DNA of 64,000 nucleotides from contig NMRA01000103.1 of assembly GCA_002633005.1 (NCBI GenBank), positions 713,612 to 777,611 on the forward strand, read 5' to 3'. This DNA is from Phoronis australis (taxonomy: Eukaryota > Animalia > Phoronida). Under the pieces are notes generated by a model. It made no database searches and had not been told where the DNA came from. It saw only the letters and a list, made by a program, of their open reading frames with translations. The position numbers and the translations under genes are program-made. Shown here in pieces: positions 53,137 through 61,989 of this stretch (position 1 is its first letter; every line of letters starts with the position of its first letter).

Positions 53137-54604
53137 TTAACATGATAAGTAAGACCGCCCAATGGGTTTGCACCGAGGGCAATAATATCTGTCGATGGTA
53201 GCCGCCACCTCACTCTTGACTCCGACACAACTACCATGATACCATTCATCTCACGAATCGCATTGGATCATAAATCCTCCGTCATCCGGGCGGCGACATA
53301 CACAGTACAGGTCGTTATCAACAAGAAGGGGACTGGTAGAATTACCCACAGCTAACATCCTTTTAATCCAAGTAGGCAACGTTTCCAATTTATCATTACA
53401 AATTTTTAATCGATTATGATTAACAGTGGAAACTGAATTCTCAAGTCGGATCCTGAAAAGAAAGGACGTAAGAACATCAATAACAATGCCAGGACCTTTC
53501 CAAGGTGGACTTAATTTCTTACATTTGCCTTTAATGACCACGGTGTCACTAATATATACAACGTCACCCGTCTTGAACAAGCGACGGTGTGCCCCAAGGT
53601 CGTAATCGCATTTCATACGGGCTTGGGTAGTCACCAAGGTCTTCCTGGCCACTTCATGTGCATTAGAAATTCTCTTTTGAAGAGTGTCAACAAAATCAAT
53701 AGGGGACACAGGGTCCTGCCCTCGTGCCACTGGATACATGAGAGTAACAGGATGATTAATCTCACGGACCAGCATAAGCATATTGGGAGTGAAACCTGTC
53801 TGCCTATTAACTGAAGACCTAATAGTACATGCGATCTGTGGCAAGAAAAGGTCCCAGTCATCTTGACTAGAAGAAACGTAACATCGGACAGCAACCATCA
53901 ATGTACGATTAAATCTTTCTACCTGACCATTGGATGAAGAGCGGTAAGGAGTAATCCTTGTCTTGTGTATCTGCAAAAGTTTACAGACATTAGAAAACAA
54001 AGCACTCTCAAAACTCCTACCCTGATCCGTAAAGATCTGGAAAGGGTAACCAAACCTTGTAAAAAACTCATTTATTGCTGCAAAAGCAGTTAATTCAGCA
54101 GTTTGGGCAGGCAAGGGAATACACTCTACGCACTTAGTGAACTGATCCACCATCATGAGTATGTGCGCATTACCCCTGGAAGTCATAGGAAAAGGCCCCA
54201 TAAAATCCAAGTGAACGTGTTCCATAGGAACACCAGCATGATACCAGTTCATAGGGAACTTCCCGTGCCTTCCCCTACCCTGCTTGTTATGGTTACAGGA
54301 AGAACAAGAATCTATGTACTTTTTAATGTCTGCTGTCATGCCACGCCAGTAAAAACTACTCTTAATATGTGATACCGTTCTGTCAATACCCTGACGTCCA
54401 GACGATGGAACATCATGGTGTAATTTAATGACGTTATCAACTATTGAGGACGGCACTACTAACAAACGAGATGATAATCCATCAGTAGATTTCCAGTATA
54501 AAACTCCATTCACCAGCTCCAGGTTATCTCTGTTCATCCAGTAAAACCTAGTACATTTACTAGCTAAAAAGAGAGTATCCTGACTAGGGTAAGATTGATT
54601 TTGA
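53137..54604 (-). mobile_element. Ty3/Gypsy pol fragment: integrase (HHCC zinc region, DDE core, GPY/F-like) plus C-terminal PHD finger; decayed
   Basis: ORF 53251-54537 contains HHDVPSSGRQG..CSSC, LDFMGP, TDQG, NGQVERFNRTL and WKGPG. Reading through the TGA at 53253-53251 gives [46 protein letters not shown], a C4HC3 pattern. No RT or RNase H is visible upstream. Confidence 0.93.
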
Positions 54605-56765
54605 AGGGTGACGGGTCACGTGATAGCAGGGTGACCTCGGCTGGGCTCTTCTGGCGTCAGATGTCGCACCAGGCCAAGACCAACATTGTTAACGAAAAGG
54701 ACATCACAACATAGAGACGCCACAGCCGAGACTGACGTTGACATTTACTACACAAGTCAGCTACTTCATAGCGACTCCAATATGTATGCGTTCAAAGTTC
54801 ACCAAATTCACTTTCGTCTTAGTGACTCTTAGTCTCATTTCCGGTGGCACCGACAAGATGTTGACTTTTACTGAATTACAGCTACCTTTCAATCAATCGC
54901 TTCTCCGTCAAATAAGACGTAACCAACATTTAAATATGCAATTCCTTACTTAAGAAAAGGCTTTTAGTCATTTTCCTATAATTAATTTGTAAAAGATTAC
55001 GAAATATTTAAATAATTGCAGTGGAAAATGTCTTCCCCATTCGATTTGCACTAAAGCTTGCAATTCGGGTGCAATGACTATTTCACATTTACAAAAAAAA
55101 TCAATTTATGGTCATGAAAACAGTTGGAATATTTTGGTAAGTGGACTTTAGTCTATAAGGGCTCAGAAATGTATTATTTTTGTGTCCTTAGTCAGTAAAG
55201 TTAACAAAAATGAAGCACAATTTCATAAAATTGTCTTACCACGTGAATACTTCCTGCACAACATTTGAATTATCAGAGCCATAAAACTTCAATTGATGAG
55301 GTATTGATTTATTAACATTCAGTATTTCATTGAACAACAATGACGACTTATAAGATTACAAAATTAACAACTCAAGGTCTAAAAATGGCATGTAAATCCT
55401 CGTAGTGCAATGTTATACACATCAAAATCATCCATTCCAACATTCATGTCTATTAAATTGTAGTTGCATAGTAGTCCAACTATCTCCGATTTGTAATCTA
55501 CTAATTAATAAGGTCGTGCATTGTACACTCTTTTTCACACATTACTACAACATCTTTGTGATCAGTTTGGTTGTGAATATTCCGCCAATCATGGCTATCA
55601 CGTTAGAGTCCTTTAATACTTGATCATCTAAACATTCCTGTAACTTCAAAGCTGTTACAATCCTTGTGAGCACTTTCAACACCAACTTCCACTGTGACTT
55701 TCCTCTGTGATTAAATAAATCAACTTGTTGCATTCAAAATTTAACATTTAAAAGAACTGAAAATTTAGGCTCAAATTTTGAAATTTTTTACTTAAAGAAT
55801 CGACGTAAAAATTTCTGAAATAAAGACCTTTGTTAACTCTTGTATGTTTCATAAATATATAAAATGAAAGAGAGCAGTACAACAGAAATTGCGACAGTCA
55901 CAAAACAAAACATAAAAGAATTATTAAATAGTTGCATTGTCATGATTGTGTGAAGATGTCTATACTTTTGTTCGTTTATAACCAATGGTATACTGAATGG
56001 GAAAAAAATTAAGTAATGTATAAATGACTTCAGATAACCAAGCAGTTGTTAATGTAATTAATACAATTTAAGCAAGTACTTACTAGTGCATTCTTGTGTA
56101 CCAATGAGGCCAATAACAAAATACACTTAAATCATAATATACAACAAAAATAAGTTAAACTGAAAAGACTGCAAATAAAAAAACGAGGAAAGCTGACAAT
56201 CTAAACAATATTGAATGGGAGAAAAATAGCAATTATTCATAAAAAAATTTCCTCCAGAGTACCTTGCATGCTCAAGTGCATCTTGGCCCTATACTACACA
56301 TGTTGCGAACTTGATTAGACAATTTACATGAGTATGAAACTAAAACAAAGAGGCTGTTCATTACCTCTACAGCTTTGTGTCTACTCTGCATCGATGCACT
56401 TAGTTAGTTTGGTTCAAATGGTATTATAATTTTGAGTAACAAATTTGGGACAGTCAGCTTTCATGAATGCAGTTAAACTTTATACAATCACCAATGGCAA
56501 CATTTCCAACATTCAGTCTGAATCTAAAATAATGGGGATACATTGCCAAGGGTGATCAAATAGATTCTGACTGCATTCAGAACAAAAGACATTACTTGAA
56601 CTTAACTGATGAGGTCCCCTCTCCCTAAAGGCACAGTTTAACCTGCCTTGAGCACTCCAGCATCTCCGAGGCGATATCGGAGACCTGGACCGAGGAGACT
56701 TGACTAAGTCAGAAGGAACTGAAGCATATGTGTGTCTGTCAGCAACATGGATGTACTTTGGATTG

Positions 56766-57165
56766 AGCAAGACAAAATTCAAAAACAAATTATACAAGGC
56801 TAAATCAAACTTCAACAATGGGTCTTGCAATGAGCAATACACTATTCAACAAGTCCTGCAAAGAGTAAGACCAAACCACCAGAAGGCCGTACAGCAAGCA
56901 AGACACATCAATTCAACAGGTCCTGCAATCAGCAAGACAAAATTCAAAAACAAATTATACAAGGCTAAGTCAAACTTCAAAAGCAGGTCTTGTAACGAGC
57001 AAGACACAATTCAGCAAGTCCTGCAAAGAGCAAGACCAAATCACCAGAAGGTCGTGCAACAAGCAAAACACAATTCAACAAGTCGTGCAAAGAGCAAGAC
57101 ACATTTCAAACAAACAAATTATAAAAGGGTTAAGTCAAACTTCAACAGCAGGTCAATGAAGGATC
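56766..57165. repeat. Higher-order tandem repeat, 162-165-bp unit built from ~33-bp subunits
   Basis: Units start with agcaagac at 56766, 56931 and 57093, with internal gtc.tgcaa..agcaagac subrepeats. Confidence 0.85.
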
Positions 57166-57759
57166 AAAGTCAATAACAAATTGCATATGAATTCAGCAAT
57201 AACACTAACATGAACAACAATTGTGTTTGCTAGATTAGGAGTAAAACAAGAAAAAAACAATAACGTCCAAAACAAGAACAATAACAAGTTATTCACATTT
57301 TTAATATTGATGATTCAACACGAAATTAAAATATCCAACGTTTAACCTTAAATACCTTCTTCAGATTTACACTGCCAAAAACTTGAGGGATGCACTAAAA
57401 ACTNCCGTACAACAAGCAAGACACATCAATTCAACAGGTCCTGCAATCAGCAAGACACATTTCGAACAAACAAATTATAAAAGGGTTAAGTCAAACTTCA
57501 ACAGCAGGTCAATGAAGGATCAAAGTCAATAACAAATTGCATATGAATTCAGCAATAACACTAACATGAACAACAATTGTGTTTGCTAGATTAGGAGTAA
57601 AACAAGAAAAAAACAATAACGTCCAAAACAAGAACAATGACAAGTTATTCACATTTTTAATATTGATGATTCAACACGAAATTAAAATATCCAACGTTTA
57701 ACCTTAAATACCTTCTTCAGATTTACACTGCCAAAAACTTGAGGGATGCACTAAAAACT
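56887..57759. repeat. Direct duplication 56887-57403 / 57405-57759 across a single N; second copy is one 162-bp unit shorter
   Basis: Sequence comparison of the two sides of the N at 57404. Confidence 0.8.
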
Positions 57760-57918
57760 GTAAATAAATGAAAACTACATCTGTTGACGTTTCATTCAAG
57801 TAGCACCATCTTGTCTTCAGGGAATACTAGTGTAACATACGCACCATATTGTCATATACAAAATCCAAGTTTCGCTGCACCTAGCGGTAAAAATACTCAC
57901 TAGGGATCCTCTCCGGAC

Positions 57919-58948
57919 TTACAAATGGTATAGAACACGTGCGTTCCTGGCCGAGTGCTCTAGAAGATATTCAGCACTACAATGACGCATTCGTGCTATC
58001 TTCCAGGCCACTTCCCCAATGAAACGTGGGGCCATGGGTCGAGAGGACGTTGCTAAATGTGGGGAATCAGTCTCCAATAGAAGCCGATTTAAGGGCACGG
58101 CTGCCACAGCTTTAGATTAAGTGGGGGAGAAATGGCGAGCACTGGCAGCAAAACCGTAATGAACATTGGGGAAAGCCTTTATCCACGATCGCACCTCCTG
58201 GGGGCTGCTAGAGAAACAATGGAGGTGGATGGGTTGGGCTCTGGGCAATACGTCACTCAGCAACTGTCAAATATATTGGTGACCAGAGTAAAAGGGCGAA
58301 GTAGAATCACGGGGCCATAGTTGCAATATGAGCACCGTGAAACGTCTGGAAGCGGGTAAGACCACGCACCAGCAACACGACCACTTGCTGCTGTACTTCA
58401 GCGCTACCATGACCTTCTTCTAATCCCAACTCACCTAGGGCAACTACATTAGGCAGCTGAAGAAGTCTGAAAATATCCTTCTCCAGTGCAGGATTATAGA
58501 ACTTAGCGTTCTTCGAATGGATGCCAATTGCAGCCTTTCAACCCGAATGGAACTTGTAATGCACGGGGTCGCAAAAGACGGCTATGCCCCCTGTTAAACG
58601 GATGAGATTTTTTGATGCACAAGGGAGCATCGCACTCATATTCTTGATTTCAGGGATTGTAAGCAGCCGACCCGCCAAATCAGAGGAAAAACGTTGGCAG
58701 GCAAAGGTCAGTCAGTCTAGCTGGAAATGAGAGTTGTCTGTCTCGGGTTTTGAGGCCGATGTTACGGGCTGCATATTGGCGGCTGTCTGTGGACCATACA
58801 AAGAGGGCACTTCAGCGGATATAGTCGCCGAGGTGGTGGTTGCTGGTGTCGACCGCTTTGGACGTACCTTGTTCTGCTCAACTAGGGACTGAGGCGGTAC
58901 AGGAGGGGGTGATAAAGGTTTAGCCTCAGGGCAAGAGGCAACCTGGGC
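57919..58948 (-). pseudogene. tatD: Intronless TatD-family metal-dependent DNase pseudogene with a Pro/Ser/Thr-rich N-terminal extension
   Basis: Manual translation gives, in order, NSHFQLD*, GGIAVFCDP, G*KAAIGIHSK, VVALGELGLE, a frameshift, VLILQL, QPIHLHCFS, FPNVHYGF, VPLNRLLLETDSPH and NARVLYHL. These correspond to the TatD HxH, GxHP, GExGLD, HCF and ETDxP motifs. At least 4 in-frame stops and 1 frameshift. Confidence 0.88.
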
Positions 58949-60092
58949 ATGTCATTCCTTGTTCACTGTCTCGCAGGTCAGGAAACCTAATTTCCCATGA
59001 CGGAACCCACCCTCGCACTCTTTTCTTTTCATATTGTTGCTTTGATTCTTTCTGAACCAAGGCCATTTTGCCAGAGTGCAGACGATCAGTAGTATCACGT
59101 GACAACTTATTCTCCACGACTGTTGTTAACGTGTCGCAGCGTCCTGTTTCGCAGAACACGTGTCCTGTTTAAATGTCCCGCGTCCTGTTTAAAAATCCCA
59201 CCACCGGTTTAAAGATTAGAGACCAGATTATAAGAAAGGCATTTAATAAGGCTCTATTTACGCTAGACAACAACTGGCCATAGCCCATTGAAACTGAATG
59301 AAGGCTAAGTGGTCAGTTGTGGAAAGCATAATCACGGATCTCACTCAAGCGGCAGAACGGGCCGATAGTCTATTTATGGTGTAGGCCTAACGTGGCTTGT
59401 ATATAATTGCTCAATCATCTTTTCAATTCAACTTGAATAACTAGTCATAGTCAATTAAATTGGTAAATAAAGGCCCAATGCCAGCTAAAAGCCTAATCCA
59501 CTACCTGGTCACTGGAGTTGGGGTCCGGCGCGAACGGCGAACGTCGCTGATCTTGTGGTCAAATCGCTTTTGTAGTCACTTTATGTGTTCGGTGGACAAC
59601 TGATCATATAAACCATTGAAAATAATTGGGTTACTCCCCTGTATTGTTACGAAACCATTGCCTGTCTGGACACATAAAACAAAGTTGCAGTTAACCCTAC
59701 TTTGTGACACTTGTAAGATGTCTCGCAATTGGCGATGGAAATTCTTAAGCATTTATAAAAGAATAAAATGAATAAAACTATCTTGCTCTTGGTTTTGCGC
59801 CACTGAAATGACCGCATGGATTGGTGGCCTGATTTTTGCCGAACAATTCGGACTATTGTCTGTTTTGCTTCCTGTTTTGATATAAACGTGGTGGCACATG
59901 CTCTAAATTCGCGAAATAAATGGAATAATTGTGAATCAATGGTAATAAATCTAGTAAAAGTGTCAGTAATTTAAAGTTTGTAAATCAACGCAAACCTTGA
60001 AACAAGTTTAGAGGGAATTATTTATACTCGCAGTGGCGACTTGAAATTTTTTCACAGGTCGTCAAACACAATCTGAGGTCGCATTGACAACC

Positions 60093-61000
60093 TGTAAGCC
60101 ACCAAAATGAGTTCTGCTTAACTATAAAGAAGTGCGCCTGACCTCTCTGCCCAATGAAGTGTGAAATTTAACCTTTAACTGAAGGCCCAGGGTCAGAAAT
60201 CCCACGTCACTCATTCTTTGATCTTTTCATGGAGCTGGAGTGGACTATTGACCCCAGACAGCCTGCCAATTTTAAGTGAGTGCGACCTTTTAAAGGCAAA
60301 ACAAAAGCGTGCAAAGGCGAATCCAAAGTGTGAGTCAATGAATCACCCCTAAACGACAAGTCTTAACTGTGGCTTGAAACTGTAGCTCTATAATTCACAA
60401 AGGGAGGACGCTCCCGTCACATTCCCCCAACCTCAGTTCTATATGTAAGTTAACACAGATCAAAATTATACAAGAGTACAAGTGAGTGACAACTTCATAA
60501 GTCGTAATTACAAGATATTTTTAAATGACAATAGTAAGAGTAGCAATATGCATTATAACAAGTCCTGACTGGTGAGACCATAATTATGACGTAGTAATAA
60601 AATATCTGTGGAGAAAGTAACACCGAATTCTTGGAAACACTTGACAATAAACAAACTCTAAACGCTGCCGACGAACTGGCACAATCAACACTCCCACTCC
60701 AGCATCCACTTTGTATCGCCCTCGAACCTCCAAAGCTCCACGTCCTCAAACGGCGCCTCTGCTTTATAGATTTCACCCATTCTTTGCCTCTGTTTTGCCT
60801 CCCTAAGTCGTGTCAGAATTGACAGTAGACAACCGCGGACTTGGTGAGTGAAGAGGAGTGGCCTTTCTTTTGTTGGTGCCGCTTGACTCGGTAGGCTCTG
60901 GCCAATCTGAACCCGCACTCGCAGAGCGTAATGATGCGGCAGCGAGTCGTTTCGTGCTTTATAAGGTCAGACTCCCACTGAAATTTCCCGTTATCTTACG
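60093..61000 (-). mobile_element. Probable 3' end of another LTR retroelement: zinc-finger-like ORF remnant, polypurine tract and ~330-bp LTR
   Basis: On the minus strand GAGGTTGGGGGAA is followed directly by TGTGAC (60421), with a TTACA end at 60093. The upstream frame reads KFQWESDLIKHETTRCRIITLCECGFRLARAYRVKRHQQKKGH. No second LTR is present for comparison. Confidence 0.4.
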
Positions 61001-61399
61001 ACCGTGAGTGTTTTGATAATGGCCTTTTATAGAGCCATTTTGCAAATGCATTGAAAGTCGCTGCGTCGAGGAGCAGACTGTGTGCCCAATGTGATGTTGT
61101 TTCCCTTTAGGGCGAAAACGTTCGACCGCAAGGGAAGTGAATTCGTAAACAACAGTACATCAAGCAACAGTGTGGACCTTCTTGTGATTAATGTTATTTT
61201 TCATCACCAAATTAGAAATCTTCATATTCTTGTAGTAAATAATTACATCTACCTTGTCTTTAGAATGAAAAACTCTCACACTATTATAGAGTTTGTTAAT
61301 CTTGCATATAATTTTTGGACATACAGTTTTGTGGTATTTTTAACATTACCAGTGAATGGTTGTTCATTATAATGGTATTTAGCTAGTGAATGGTTGTTC

Positions 61400-61850
61400 A
61401 TTATAATGGTATTTAGCTTTTGATGCAAACCGTGTAATGTGCTTATCCACAAATGAGTTTGTGCAACCATTATTTATTTGAAATTGCTTTATGTGTTGAA
61501 CCTCACTAATAAACAAGTTCCAGTCTGACGAAACAATGCGGAGATTTACTAACTAGTGAAATAACTGTCTTATAATACCCAAGACAGTCGCTATCAACAT
61601 CAAGGCAAATACCTTTGTTAGTAGGATTGGGATAAAATGATATGGTGAATCTTGTGACTGAATTAAGTTTAAGAACAAAAGGTATCATGTCATTCACAGA
61701 TACCTCATGTATTAAGTGAATTTTAACACTGGATGGTTCTCAAGAATAGTCTTAAGTGATACCATTTTATCAATATTGCAATAGACGAAAATATCATCAA
61801 CATAGCGCACATATGTAGGAATGTGGTCAATGTTTCTGAATAGATCATAA
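61400..61850 (-). mobile_element. Penelope-like retroelement reverse transcriptase/thumb remnant
   Basis: YVRYVDDIFV..LKFT, then IPF.., YPNPTNKGICLDVDSDC..YYK and QINNG spread over frameshifted frames, in the order typical of Penelope-like RT C-termini. Confidence 0.75.
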
Positions 61851-61989
61851 AATAGTTCCAGGTGATCAGTACAATGGGTCCATGTGCGAGGCCTGGGCAC
61901 GTGTGGTACAATATGTATCAGACTTCCTGCAATTGTTTTTTTTTTACAATGAATGTGCAAAGGACATTTTAGAAGAGGATACATCTATT

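Noticed and set aside
55400-56760. Possible decayed exons on the minus strand (e.g. LTAFMKADCPKFVTQNYNTI, PRSRSPISPRR)
   Set aside because: They may belong to a DNA-transposon accessory gene, but there are many stops, no assignable family and no consistent exon chain.
57919-58740. Bacterial contamination or recent horizontal transfer of tatD
   Set aside because: It is pseudogenised, contiguous with eukaryotic repeats, has no operon neighbours and carries a disordered leader. An older bacterial origin cannot be excluded without a phylogeny.
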